This document shows positions 1-9,101 of a DNA stretch of 64,000 nucleotides, one piece after another; positions within the stretch are counted from its first letter, which is position 1; each line of letters opens with the position of its first letter. Both the position numbers and the translations under genes were made by a program. Origin of the DNA: an uncultured virus (IMG/VR IMGVR_UViG_3300037420_001897) (Duplodnaviria > Heunggongvirae > Uroviricota > Caudoviricetes); IMG/VR virus record IMGVR_UViG_3300037420_001897. One strand, given 5' to 3'. The notes below the pieces were generated by a model. That model did no database searches, was not told where the DNA came from, and saw only the letters and a list, made by a program, of their open reading frames with translations.

Positions 1-1
1 G

Positions 2-238
2 GGCGGCGGGCGGAAGAAGTTCACCTCTGCCCCGACCGGCGAGCAGTTCTCCACGATCCCGCGCACGCCAGAGGAATCGACGTTCGGGGTGATCGTCTGC
101 GATCCGCCGGCGCCTTCGGGTTTCACCGGCGAGGGTGGCGGCCATCACGCGGCGGCGCGGATGGTGCTCGCCTTCGGGATGAAGGCTGACGTGAAGCCCG
201 CCGCCTCCACCGACCCCGAACCCCCAAACGCCGCCTAG
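2..238 (+). CDS. Hypothetical protein, 5'-truncated by window edge
   Basis: Open frame from base 2 (GGGRKKFTSAPTGEQF...) to TAG at 236-238, followed by AGGAG RBS of the next gene. Confidence 0.55.
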   Translation, partial: GGGRKKFTSAPTGEQFSTIPRTPEESTFGVIVCDPPAPSGFTGEGGGHHAAARMVLAFGMKADVKPAASTDPEPPNAA

Positions 239-247
239 GAGCCCGCC

Positions 248-1099
248 GTGAGCGAACCACTGACCCTGCCCAAATCGACCGTCGAGAGCGCGGAGGAGGC
301 GCTGGAGCGCTACCGGTTTGCGCTGGACCACGACATGCTCGTGCAGTCCCAGTGGCACGGCCGCGGCGGCGATGGAGACGGCGGCCAGGCCGGCCGCGAT
401 CTCGCCTGCGCCCTCGGTGTGCTGGGCCCGGAGGTCAACGATCCCGGCGACTGCCCGGCGCAGGTGATGCCGCGCTGGCTAGCCAGGATGGTGCCGTTCT
501 ACTTCGACAGCCTCCCGGCGGAGGCCGCCAAGGCCTGGGGCCTGCGCCTTTACGAGCAGCTGGCCCGCCTCAAGGGCCAGGTCCCGTTCAGCGTCGTCTA
601 CGACTGGCAGGCGACCTGTGTGCTGGAGTTCTGGGCCGGCTCGCTGAAGAAGCGGAAGTTCGACGCGGAGACCCTGGCCACCAAGCTCGCGGCCGTGGAG
701 CGTCTGCAGGCTCTCCATCGCAAGCACATGGAGGGCGGCGCAGCGCCGAGGGACGAATGGCACGAGGCGCTGCGCCAGGTTTACGCCGACGCCTACGCCT
801 ACGCCGACGCCTACGCCTACGCCTACGCCTACGCCGACGCCTACGCCTACGCCGACGCCGACGCCGACGCCGACGCCTACGCCTACGCCTACGCCTACGC
901 CTACGCCGACGCCGACGCCGACGCCTACGCCGACGCCTACGCCTACGCCGACGCCTACGCCGAGCCGACGGCGAAGGCGTCGGCTGAGGAGACCGAGCAT
1001 CAGAAGTTCGAGCGTCGCAAGGCGGAGAACCGCGCCCTCCTCGCCAACGGCCTGATCGACGCCCTGTCTCGCGCTCCTGCGCCGGAGGGGGACGCGTGA
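248..1099 (+). CDS. Phage hypothetical protein with (Y/D)A dipeptide repeat tract
   Basis: RBS AGGAG, GTG start, 283 aa, GTGA overlap with the next gene; contains 30 (Y/D)A units. Confidence 0.85.
   Translation: MSEPLTLPKSTVESAEEALERYRFALDHDMLVQSQWHGRGGDGDGGQAGRDLACALGVLGPEVNDPGDCPAQVMPRWLARMVPFYFDSLPAEAAKAWGLRLYEQLARLKGQVPFSVVYDWQATCVLEFWAGSLKKRKFDAETLATKLAAVERLQALHRKHMEGGAAPRDEWHEALRQVYADAYAYADAYAYAYAYADAYAYADADADADAYAYAYAYAYADADADAYADAYAYADAYAEPTAKASAEETEHQKFERRKAENRALLANGLIDALSRAPAPEGDA
782..961 (+). repeat. Tandem hexamer repeat (T/G)ACGCC x30
   Basis: Read directly: 180 bp, only the first base of each unit varies (18 TACGCC, 12 GACGCC). Confidence 0.97.
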
Positions 1100-1323
1100 G
1101 GGACGAGACCTTCACCTTGCTGCCGGCCGCCGGCGCGGCCCAACCGCCATTCCGCTACGACCACGTGGTGTCGCGGCGCAAGGCGGAGTGGCGCATCCAC
1201 GACGGAAGTGGCCGGGCGATCGGGACCGCCCGCACGCGAGCCGGGGCGAGACGCGCGGTCCACCGGCTTTGGGAGCGCCTGCAGGATGCCCAGGCGGCCG
1301 CCGCGATGCGGGGCGCGGCATGA
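1096..1323 (+). CDS. Hypothetical protein
   Basis: 4-bp overlaps with both neighbours. Confidence 0.65.
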   Translation: MRDETFTLLPAAGAAQPPFRYDHVVSRRKAEWRIHDGSGRAIGTARTRAGARRAVHRLWERLQDAQAAAAMRGAA

Positions 1324-1751
1324 GCCTCGACGCCCCCATGAAGACCGCGGCCGACGCGCTGGCCCAGGCGTACAACGTCGACGAGCGCTGCGCCCGGCTG
1401 GTGGCGGCGCTGCTGGCGTGCCGCGCGGTCCTGGTCACCATCGAGCACGAGGCGGACACCGAGGTCGCCGCGGCCCTGGCCGGTATCGAGATCGCGCTGC
1501 GCCGCGAGCCGAACATCGCGTACCGCGGCTGGTCGATCAGCTACGACCCGCCCCCGATCGGCGCCCGCAACTGCGACTGGCAGTTCTCCCACCCCGACTT
1601 CGATGCGTCGTGGGAGGGCGAGGAAGACGGCTTCGTCGGCAACGGCTTGTGCGGCTACGCCGCCACGCTGGGCGAGGCCATCGCCGAGATCGACGAGCGG
1701 ATCGCCACGGCTCAGGAAGCCGCCGCCGGCTCCGGCGAGGAGGCCGCCTGA
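1320..1751 (+). CDS. Hypothetical protein
   Basis: ATGA-coupled start (MSLDAPMK...); C-terminal YRGWSISYDPPPIGARNCDWQFSHPDFD motif typical of small phage proteins. Confidence 0.7.
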   Translation: MSLDAPMKTAADALAQAYNVDERCARLVAALLACRAVLVTIEHEADTEVAAALAGIEIALRREPNIAYRGWSISYDPPPIGARNCDWQFSHPDFDASWEGEEDGFVGNGLCGYAATLGEAIAEIDERIATAQEAAAGSGEEAA

Positions 1752-2155
1752 TGCGCTCCGCCACCATCCTTCCCTTCAACCCCGGCAACAGGACGCGGCG
1801 CGCAGTTGCCGGCCACCCAGGCGCGCCGCTGGAGCATCACGATGGAAAAAGCGAGGCGGGGGTTCGCCTGCATGACGCCGGAGAGGCGGCGAGAGGTCGC
1901 GCAGAAGGGCGGGTCGAGCGTCCCGCCGGACAAGCGGTCGTTCTCCCGGGACCGGGATCTCGCCGCGACGGCGGGACGGGCCGGCGGGGAAGCCAAGCGC
2001 GATCACGCTCGACCTGCGGCCTCCGAAGCCTAGCCGCTCAGCGCCCGCCGCTGTGGTGGGCTCTGCAGCTCCTCTCCCTCGCGGCCAGCGTCGGCTTTGT
2101 CTGGCTGGTGCTGGTCGTGTGCGCCCTCTTGACCCCTGATCGGATGCCCGGATGA
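1751..2155 (+). CDS. Putative membrane-anchored protein (C-terminal TM helix) that overlaps the KGG gene
   Basis: TGATG overlap with the upstream stop, RBS GAGGAGG, ATGA overlap with the downstream start; hydrophobic LWWALQLLSLAASVGFVWLVLVVCALL. Confidence 0.5.
   Translation: MRSATILPFNPGNRTRRAVAGHPGAPLEHHDGKSEAGVRLHDAGEAARGRAEGRVERPAGQAVVLPGPGSRRDGGTGRRGSQARSRSTCGLRSLAAQRPPLWWALQLLSLAASVGFVWLVLVVCALLTPDRMPG
1842..2033 (+). CDS. KGG-motif stress-induced protein (YciG/Con-10-like)
   Basis: RRGFACMTPERRREVAQKGG...SFSRDRDLAATAGRAGG is the classic KGG domain; GGAG RBS upstream. Confidence 0.85.
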   Translation: MEKARRGFACMTPERRREVAQKGGSSVPPDKRSFSRDRDLAATAGRAGGEAKRDHARPAASEA

Positions 2156-2445
2156 GCGACTGCATCGACGACTTCCGCGCCCTGAAAGAGGTGCGGCGCC
2201 AGGAGCGGGAAGACGGCTGGGCGAAGCGCGGCGAGTGGCTGACGGCGCTCGGCGCCCTCGGCCTGCGCGCCGAGATCATCAACGAGCCTTCGCGCCAATG
2301 CCGCGTCTGGGTCCCCGGAGGCGGCTGGTTCGACTTCTGGCCCAGTTCCGGCAGATGGCAGCAGGGCCCGCACAAGGGCAAGAGGCGCGGCCTGCGCGGA
2401 GTCGGCCTCGAGGGCCTGCTCGCCGCCGTGAGCGCCGCGCAATGA
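2152..2445 (+). CDS. Hypothetical protein
   Basis: Coupled ORF with FDFWPSSGRW motif common in small phage proteins. Confidence 0.7.
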   Translation: MSDCIDDFRALKEVRRQEREDGWAKRGEWLTALGALGLRAEIINEPSRQCRVWVPGGGWFDFWPSSGRWQQGPHKGKRRGLRGVGLEGLLAAVSAAQ

Positions 2446-2708
2446 CGCTCGCAGCCCTCCCCACCGCCGTCCGAGAGACGGTGGCCGACCGCGTCCGCCG
2501 CCTCCAGGCCGAGGCCCAGCATCTGGCTCGCGGCCACGTCGACAGCCTGGTCGACATGATGCGCGCCACCGCCGCCACAGCCGCCGAGATCGCGGATGGC
2601 GGCGACGCGTACGGGCCAGGCGCCCGCAACGAGGCGCGGACGCTTGCCGAGGACCTGGCGCGCCGCATCGAGACGCTCACCGCGATCCAGGGGCGGGCCC
2701 GCTCATGA
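2442..2708 (+). CDS. Hypothetical protein
   Basis: ATGA-coupled at both ends. Confidence 0.65.
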   Translation: MTLAALPTAVRETVADRVRRLQAEAQHLARGHVDSLVDMMRATAATAAEIADGGDAYGPGARNEARTLAEDLARRIETLTAIQGRARS

Positions 2709-2908
2709 TCGAACTCGGCGCCCAGGAACAGATCATGCGCGAGATCGCCCGCGCCGGCGACGAGGGCCTGCCCATCGCCGAGGTGGGCGTCTCGCTCGCC
2801 ATCCGGCTGGGGCTGGCGCAGCTGGTGACCATCACGAAGGGCGATCGGCAGCGCGTCGTCGCGACCGCGCAGGGCCGCGCCTACGGGCGGCGGGGGGCGT
2901 TCGCATGA
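2705..2908 (+). CDS. Hypothetical protein (possible winged helix)
   Basis: ATGA-coupled at both ends. Confidence 0.6.
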   Translation: MIELGAQEQIMREIARAGDEGLPIAEVGVSLAIRLGLAQLVTITKGDRQRVVATAQGRAYGRRGAFA

Positions 2909-3837
2909 AAGCCGTCCGCTGGGACCAGCACCCGATCGTTGACGGGCCCGGGATCTACCTGGGCGTCCCCATGGACGTCTACCGGGCTGACCCCTGTCCG
3001 GCGCCGTCCCTCAACGCCTCGGTGGCGTGGGACTGCCTGCGCAAGAGCCTGGCGCACGCCGCCGCGGCGCACCCCCGCATCGACCCGCCGGAGCCGGACG
3101 GGGACGACAGCGACGACAAGGTGATCACCCGCGTCATGGACATCGGCTCGGCGGCTCACCGCCTGGCCTTCGGCGTCGGCGCCGAGATCGCGCTGATCCA
3201 CGCGCCCAACTGGAAGAAGAAGGACGACCAGGCGGCGAAGAAGGCGGCGTACGAGGCGGGCGAGATCCCGCTGCTGCCCAAGGAGTACCGCAAGGCCTCC
3301 AAGATGGCGGCCTTGGCCAAGCCGGTGATCGACGGCCTGCTGGAGGGCTCGCTCGTCGCCGAGGCCATGATCGTGTGGCGCGACGAGCAAGGCTTCTGGT
3401 ACCGCGGCATGATCGACCGCATGCGGGCCGACGCCCGCGTCATCGTCGACTACAAGACCACCACCCAGGTCCAGTCGCCCGAGCAGGCGATGAACCTCGT
3501 CTACGCCAGCAAGGCCTACTTCCAGGAAGGCTTCTACCGCTGGGGCCTGGACACTCTCGATCCTGACGGTGCGGGCCGCCGGCGGTTCTGCTTCCTCTAC
3601 CAGGAGCAGAACCCGCCGTTCTGCCCCTGCCTCATCGAGACATCTGAAGCCGGCCGGACCCTGGCCGAGGAGCAGGTCCAGGGGGCGGTCAACATCTGGA
3701 AGCGGGCCCTGGTCACCGAGGCGTGGCCCGGATGGGCGCTGGGCCCGCACATCGCCTCCCCGCCCGCCTGGCTGCTGACCCAGTGGGAGCAGCGCGCCTT
3801 CTACGACGAAACCCTCAACCCCATGGAGATGGCATGA
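2905..3837 (+). CDS. PD-(D/E)XK exonuclease, RecE/exonuclease VIII-like
   Basis: YRADPCPAPSLNAS, GSAAH, E...RGMID...IVDYKT, QEGFY motifs. Confidence 0.85.
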   Translation: MKAVRWDQHPIVDGPGIYLGVPMDVYRADPCPAPSLNASVAWDCLRKSLAHAAAAHPRIDPPEPDGDDSDDKVITRVMDIGSAAHRLAFGVGAEIALIHAPNWKKKDDQAAKKAAYEAGEIPLLPKEYRKASKMAALAKPVIDGLLEGSLVAEAMIVWRDEQGFWYRGMIDRMRADARVIVDYKTTTQVQSPEQAMNLVYASKAYFQEGFYRWGLDTLDPDGAGRRRFCFLYQEQNPPFCPCLIETSEAGRTLAEEQVQGAVNIWKRALVTEAWPGWALGPHIASPPAWLLTQWEQRAFYDETLNPMEMA

Positions 3838-5042
3838 ACGACGTGGCCATGCCCGTCACCGACGCCGCCGTCGGCACGGAACTCGCGGTCCTGAACCAGA
3901 CGACCGCCCTGCTGATCCTGCAGGACGAGGCGAAATCCGACGCCTTCTACGAGAAGGTGAAGGCCGAGGTCACGAGCCACGTGCCCGACCTGACCACGGA
4001 CAAGGGCCGCAAGGCCATCGCATCCCTGGCGTTCAAGGTCACCAAGACCAAGACCGCGCTCGACGCGGCCCGCAAGCAGCTGACGGAGGAGAAGCGCAAG
4101 GAGATCGCCGCCGTCGATGCGGCGGGCAAGCGCATCCGCGACAGGCTCGACGAACTGGCCGCCGAGGTGCGCCAGCCGCTGACCGAGTGGGAGGCGGCCG
4201 AGGAGGCGCGCGTCGCGCGCTGCCAGCAGGCGATCCAGCGGATGAAGGACGCCGCCGTGATCCGCCTCGAAGACACCAGCGGGGGTGTGGCGGCCCGCCT
4301 CGCTGAGGTCGAAGGGATCGAGGTGTCTGCCGCCGAGTTCGGGGACCTCCTCGAGTTCGCCACCGATGCGAAGGCGGCGGCCGTGGGCGCCTTGACCGCC
4401 GGCCGCGACCGGCTGGCCCAGGAAGAGGCCGACCGTGCCGAACTGGCGCGGCTACGGCAGGAAGCCGAAGAGCGGGCGGCGCGCGAGGCTGCCGAGGCGG
4501 CCGAACGTCAACGCGCCGAGCAAGAAGCTGCGGATGCTCGCCGACGCGAGGAGGAAGCCCGAACGGCCGCAGAGGCCGCCGAGAAGGCGCGGCAGGCAGC
4601 GGCCGAGCAGGCCGCTCGCGAGGCGGGGGAACGCGCGGCCGAGGCCCTCCGCGCCGCCGAAGAAGCCGCCACCGCGGCGGCCCGTGAGGCCGAGGGGCGG
4701 ATGCGCGCCGAGGCCGCCGCCCAGGCGCAACAGGCCCAGGCCGAGCGCGAACGGCTGGAGCGGGAACACCAGGAGCAGCTGGCGGCCGCGGCCCAGGCAC
4801 GGGCTGCGGCCGAAGCCGAGGCTCAGCGTCTCGCGGCCGAGCGGGCCGAAGAAGCGCGGCGCCGGGCGGAAGAGCAGGCCGCCGCCGAGGCCCGCGTCCG
4901 CGACGTGGAGCACCGCGGCGGGATCATGCGGGCCGCCAAGGAAGCCCTGATGGAGCACGCCGAGCTCGAGGAGCCCGCCGCCAAGGCGGTCGTCCTCGCC
5001 ATCGCGGCGAACTCCATCCCCGCCGTCAGCATCCGGTTCTGA
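3834..5042 (+). CDS. Phage coiled-coil protein (Ala/Glu/Arg-rich, often mis-annotated TolA-like)
   Basis: N-terminal VPDLTTDKGRKAIASLAFKV motif followed by a long AER-rich coiled coil; sits in the recombination module. Confidence 0.8.
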   Translation: MNDVAMPVTDAAVGTELAVLNQTTALLILQDEAKSDAFYEKVKAEVTSHVPDLTTDKGRKAIASLAFKVTKTKTALDAARKQLTEEKRKEIAAVDAAGKRIRDRLDELAAEVRQPLTEWEAAEEARVARCQQAIQRMKDAAVIRLEDTSGGVAARLAEVEGIEVSAAEFGDLLEFATDAKAAAVGALTAGRDRLAQEEADRAELARLRQEAEERAAREAAEAAERQRAEQEAADARRREEEARTAAEAAEKARQAAAEQAAREAGERAAEALRAAEEAATAAAREAEGRMRAEAAAQAQQAQAERERLEREHQEQLAAAAQARAAAEAEAQRLAAERAEEARRRAEEQAAAEARVRDVEHRGGIMRAAKEALMEHAELEEPAAKAVVLAIAANSIPAVSIRF

Positions 5043-5052
5043 GGAGGCGTCG

Positions 5053-6129
5053 ATGAACGCGCCGGTCCGTAGCTTCTCTGCGTCTACCGCTGTCCGCGAG
5101 CAGGTCCCGCTCCTGGTGGGCCTGATGGGTCCCAGCGGCGGCGGCAAGACCTTCTCCGCCCTTCGCCTCGCCACCGGCATCCAGCGCGTGGTCGGCGGCG
5201 ACATCTACATGATCGACACCGAGGCGCGGCGCGGCCTGCACTACGCGGATCGGTTCAAGTTCAAGCATGTCCCCTTCGACGCGCCGTTCGGCTCCCTGGA
5301 CTACCTCGAGGCGCTGAAGTTCTGCGCCGGACAGGGCGGCAAGACGATCATCGTCGATTCTATGAGCCACGAGCACGAAGGCCCCGGTGGGCTGCTCGAC
5401 CTGCAGGACCAGGAGCTGCGGCGGCTGGCCGGCGATGACTACGGCACGTGGAAGGCCGACCGGTTCAACATGCTGGCGTGGCAGAAGCCCAAGGCCAACC
5501 GGCGCAAGCTGATCAACGGCCTGCTGCAGATCAACGCCAACTTCATCTTCTGCTTCCGCGCGAAGGAGACCTCCAAGCCGGTCAAGAAGCCGATGGAGAA
5601 CGGGCGCGAGAAGACGGTCATCGAGCCGATGGGCTTCATGCCGATCGCCGGCGACGAGTTCGTGTTCGAGATGACCATGAACGCCCTGCTCCTGCCGGCG
5701 GCGAACGGCCTGCCGACCTGGCAATCCGAGAACCGCGGCGAGCGGATGATGATGAAGCTGCCTGAGCAGTTCCGCAGCCTGATGCGTGAGCCGCGGCCGC
5801 TCGACGAGCAGATGGGCCTGGACCTCGCCACCTGGGCCCGCGGCGGACCGGCCGCGGATCGGCAGGGCGGCGATGGTGGCGGCGCCGACCCGCGAGAAGG
5901 CAGCATCCAGGGGAATGGGCAGCAGCTCACGCTCGCCCAGCGCGCCGACGCCTACGAGGCGCGCATCGCCCAGGCGCCGTCGACCCTGAAGCTCAACTCG
6001 ATCCAGGCCGCGGCGACACAACTCTTCAAGGACCTCGACGCCTCCGACCCGGAGCGCAAGGTCGAGCTGGAAAACACCTGGCGCGCCCGCTTCGACGAGC
6101 TCGAGGCGCTGGAGCGGGCGGCTGGCTGA
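5053..6129 (+). CDS. AAA/P-loop ATPase, Sak4-like single-strand annealing recombinase
   Basis: Walker A GPSGGGKT, IDTE, Walker B IIVDSMSHE; next to the RecE-like exonuclease. Confidence 0.8.
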   Translation: MNAPVRSFSASTAVREQVPLLVGLMGPSGGGKTFSALRLATGIQRVVGGDIYMIDTEARRGLHYADRFKFKHVPFDAPFGSLDYLEALKFCAGQGGKTIIVDSMSHEHEGPGGLLDLQDQELRRLAGDDYGTWKADRFNMLAWQKPKANRRKLINGLLQINANFIFCFRAKETSKPVKKPMENGREKTVIEPMGFMPIAGDEFVFEMTMNALLLPAANGLPTWQSENRGERMMMKLPEQFRSLMREPRPLDEQMGLDLATWARGGPAADRQGGDGGGADPREGSIQGNGQQLTLAQRADAYEARIAQAPSTLKLNSIQAAATQLFKDLDASDPERKVELENTWRARFDELEALERAAG

Positions 6130-6422
6130 TGGACCGCGTTCCCACCCCGCAGGGCGCCGTACTCATGTCGCTGCCCGGCGACGACCTGCCGGACGACGCC
6201 TTGGCGCTTCGCACCTTCCGCTGGTCTCCCGAGCGCAAGAACGAGTTGCTGCTCCGCATCGAGCACAAGCGGATGAGCCTGAACACGGCCATCGCGCGCT
6301 ACGGCCTGACGCTCGAGGAGATCGACGAGTGGGCGGCCCTGAAGCGCGCCGCAGGCCGACCCAGCGCCAAGCGCGTGCGACCCGTGGCCGAACGGCCAGC
6401 GGTACAGGCGAAGCTGCTGTGA
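6129..6422 (+). CDS. SciP-like (DUF1153) CtrA-inhibitor homologue
   Basis: RWSPERKNELL...MSLNTAIARYGLTLEEIDEW resembles the DUF1153 consensus RW..RRKA.VV...LS.EEA..RY.LT.EEF..W. Confidence 0.65.
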   Translation: MDRVPTPQGAVLMSLPGDDLPDDALALRTFRWSPERKNELLLRIEHKRMSLNTAIARYGLTLEEIDEWAALKRAAGRPSAKRVRPVAERPAVQAKLL

Positions 6423-6667
6423 ACCCCCACTCCCCCTCGCGAGAACCCGACCTCTACCGCCTCGCCCGGGCCGCCGCAAAGCGGCTCCGGCAGGCGGCGC
6501 GGCAAAGGAAGAGCCAACTCATGGATGACCTAGTCCTCACCGAGCGCGTGGCCACCGCCGGCGCCGTGATCGACACCGAGCCCACGTACGAGCTCACCGA
6601 GGCGGGCCTGGCCTACATCGCGGAGCACTCTGCGTCGGCCGATGCGCCCGGGCCGGAGGCGGCGTGA
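6419..6667 (+). CDS. Hypothetical protein
   Basis: GTGA-coupled; YELTEAGLAY winged-helix-like tail. Confidence 0.55.
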   Translation: MNPHSPSREPDLYRLARAAAKRLRQAARQRKSQLMDDLVLTERVATAGAVIDTEPTYELTEAGLAYIAEHSASADAPGPEAA

Positions 6668-6855
6668 TGCCACGCGAAGCCAAGGAGCGCTTCTGCTTCA
6701 ACTGCGGCGCCTCGCTGGGTTGCTACGCGGACTACGACCGCCTGGACGACTGCGGCGCCAAGGAATGCACCCGGGCCGCGCGTGATGCACTCGCCCAAGA
6801 GCGCGATGAGGCCCACGAGCAATTGGACCGCGACATGGGCTGGGGCAGCTGGTGA
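6664..6855 (+). CDS. Small Cys-rich hypothetical protein
   Basis: CxxC...CxxxxC; coupled. Confidence 0.6.
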   Translation: MMPREAKERFCFNCGASLGCYADYDRLDDCGAKECTRAARDALAQERDEAHEQLDRDMGWGSW

Positions 6856-7328
6856 TGGCCACCTCCGAAGTCCTGGCCGAACTCCGTCAGCGCCTCCGCG
6901 GCGCCTTCGCTCCGAGCCGCAGTCTCGACGCGTCCTTGGGCGTGCACCTCGACGGCTGGAAGCTGGAGGACGACGAGTTCAGCGTCGGCCGCTACTACCT
7001 CTACTTCGGCGCGGCCAATGGCGTTGGCATCCGTGAGGGGGATCTTGACGCAGGCCGGCTGCCGGACTGTGTCCCGCACCTAACCGGCTCTCGCGACGAC
7101 GCCTTCGGCCTGGTCGAGCGCCTCATGGTCGAGCGTGCTCCACTGTTCACCGTGCAGCAGGACCTCCGCTTCGACTGCGCCCGCGGCTGGGGCTGCTCCG
7201 TCCTGATCACCGTCCCGTCGCGCGAGTTCCAGGGCTTCGGCTCGGGGACCGATCGCGCCTTCGCCGAGTGCAAGGCGCTGCTGCTGGCGCTGCTCGGCGC
7301 GCTCGAAACCCTCATGGAGCCCGCCTGA
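6852..7328 (+). CDS. Hypothetical protein
   Basis: Coupled ORF with phage-like codon usage. Confidence 0.6.
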   Translation: MMATSEVLAELRQRLRGAFAPSRSLDASLGVHLDGWKLEDDEFSVGRYYLYFGAANGVGIREGDLDAGRLPDCVPHLTGSRDDAFGLVERLMVERAPLFTVQQDLRFDCARGWGCSVLITVPSREFQGFGSGTDRAFAECKALLLALLGALETLMEPA

Positions 7329-7549
7329 TGGCCTGGTGGCAAATCGCGCTCGCGGCCTGGGGCCTCGGCGCCTTCGCCACGTTCCCGCTGGCCTTCGAGT
7401 TCTGCCAGCTTGTCGGCAAGGAGGACAGGCAGCCGCTGCCCGGCCCCTGGGCCGTGGTGGCTTGCGCCCTGATGGCGGCCGTCTGGCCGATCGCCTGGCT
7501 GACCCTGCTCATCTATGCCGCGGCGCGGTTGGCGGTGCGTCATGGCTGA
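7328..7549 (+). CDS. Small membrane protein
   Basis: TGATG overlap; two hydrophobic segments. Confidence 0.6.
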   Translation: MAWWQIALAAWGLGAFATFPLAFEFCQLVGKEDRQPLPGPWAVVACALMAAVWPIAWLTLLIYAAARLAVRHG

Positions 7550-8570
7550 GCACTCGCGGATCAGCTGGACCCACCACTCCTTCGCTCCTTGGCATGGCTG
7601 CACCAAGGTCAGCACCGGGCCGCTCGGGGCATGCGAGCACTGCTACGCCGAGAACCTCGACGTCACCCGCTTCCATAAGGTGGCGGCGTTCGGGCCGGGC
7701 GTTCCCCGGGTGCGTGCGCCAGCCTCGACATGGGACCAGGTCCGCGCCTGGAACCGCGCCGCGGCCCGCGCCGGCGAGCGGCGGACCGTCTTCTGCAGCC
7801 ACCTGTCGGACCTGTTCGACAAGGAGGTCGATCCCACGTGGCGGGCCGACGCCTTCCTGTTGATGCACGAGACGCCGCACCTGACGTACCTGGTGCTGAC
7901 GAAGCGGCCGCCGAACGTCGAGAAGTTCGCGCCGAAGCTCTGGCCGAAGAACGCCGCGCTTGGCTTCACCGCCGTGACCCATCCGGAGTTCGACCGCGAC
8001 GCGCCGACCGTGCTGAGGGCCAAGGAAACGCTCCGGCCGGCCTTCACCTTCGTCTCGATCGGACCGGTCCTGGGCTTGGTCGACCCCAGCCGCGTGCGGG
8101 TCCGAATGGACCATGGCAAGGAAGTCTGCCTCGACGCGCTCACCGGTGAGCAGCTGATCGGCAAGCCGCGCCTCGCCGACGGCTTCCACCGCGTCCCCCT
8201 CTTCAAGGCTGGCGGCCTCGACTGGGTTATCGTCGAGGGGGAGACGGACCAGGGCGCCGGCCGCGCCAGGCCGTCGCACCCCGACTGGTTCAGGCTGCCG
8301 CGAGACCGGTGCGCCGAGGCGGGCAAGCCGTTCCACCTGAAGCAGATCGGTCCCTGGCACCCGTGGACCGGCCGCGAGCCATTCACGACCGCCGACAAGC
8401 AGATGTGGCTGCGACCCGACGGTGAGCGGACCCAAGACCCTGACGTCGCCGACCGATGGGACCGCGAGCTCGGCGCCCCGGCCTCACAGCTCATGGTGAA
8501 GATCGGGCTCAAGGCCTCAGGCCGCCTTCTCGACGGCGTGCTGCACGACGCCAGGCCGGTGCTGCCATGA
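7542..8570 (+). CDS. Phage Gp37/Gp68 (DUF5131) family protein, radical-SAM-like
   Basis: ISWTHHSFAPWHGCTKVS...CEHCYAE, VFCSHLSDLFD, VLTKRP, LDWVIVEGET, PFHLKQIG, GRLLDG. Confidence 0.9.
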   Translation: MAEHSRISWTHHSFAPWHGCTKVSTGPLGACEHCYAENLDVTRFHKVAAFGPGVPRVRAPASTWDQVRAWNRAAARAGERRTVFCSHLSDLFDKEVDPTWRADAFLLMHETPHLTYLVLTKRPPNVEKFAPKLWPKNAALGFTAVTHPEFDRDAPTVLRAKETLRPAFTFVSIGPVLGLVDPSRVRVRMDHGKEVCLDALTGEQLIGKPRLADGFHRVPLFKAGGLDWVIVEGETDQGAGRARPSHPDWFRLPRDRCAEAGKPFHLKQIGPWHPWTGREPFTTADKQMWLRPDGERTQDPDVADRWDRELGAPASQLMVKIGLKASGRLLDGVLHDARPVLP

Positions 8571-8911
8571 CGGCGGGCCTCTGGACCGACGAGGAGATCG
8601 CCTGGGCGAAGGCCTGCTTCGCGGCCGGCGACAGCATCGGCGAGATCGCGGCCGCCGCGGCGCGCGACTGGATCGACGTCGCGGTCAAGGTCGGCGCCTA
8701 CGGGCCCGTCCCGAGGATCCGGCGCACCGTCGTCCGGGGCGAACCCACGCGCTGGGTGGGCTGCCTCCTGAGGGAGACCGCCGTCTATCGGCGCGCCCGC
8801 GGCGAGACGCGCGAGGCCCTCGCCGCGCTGGCGGGCGTCACCGTGCACACCATGGACCTGGTGCTGAACGGTCTCGTCCCGCGCGGGCGTAAGCGGGCGG
8901 TCGCGGCATGA
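8567..8911 (+). CDS. HTH protein with GcrA-like N-terminus
   Basis: WTDEEIAWAKACFAAGDSIGEIA resembles the GcrA N-terminal HTH; a second XRE-like HTH lies at the C-terminus. Confidence 0.5.
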   Translation: MTAGLWTDEEIAWAKACFAAGDSIGEIAAAAARDWIDVAVKVGAYGPVPRIRRTVVRGEPTRWVGCLLRETAVYRRARGETREALAALAGVTVHTMDLVLNGLVPRGRKRAVAA

Positions 8912-9101
8912 CCGGCGCCGTTCCCAAACCCGCAAACTCGGACACGCCCCGCCAGGCCGGCTTCGAAAACGCGGTCGACGTCCTCGCCGGCCTGATGACC
9001 TTCGCCCGGGTCCTGCGGGCCGATGGTTGGGAGGTGAACCTCGCCATCGAGACGGGCGGCGTCGACCGGATCAACTTCTCCGCCCAGCGGGGATCGCCAC
9101 A

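Noticed and set aside
782..961. CRISPR array or DGR variable repeat
   Set aside because: 6-bp units with no spacers; no cas gene or reverse transcriptase in the window; the variation is T/G, not adenine-specific.
479..1115. Poly-VG and poly-R ORFs on other frames and strands
   Set aside because: They are shadows of the hexamer repeat; the (Y/D)A frame has the RBS and coupling.
3834..5042. TolA membrane protein
   Set aside because: No TM anchor; the similarity is only low-complexity Ala/Glu/Arg coiled coil.
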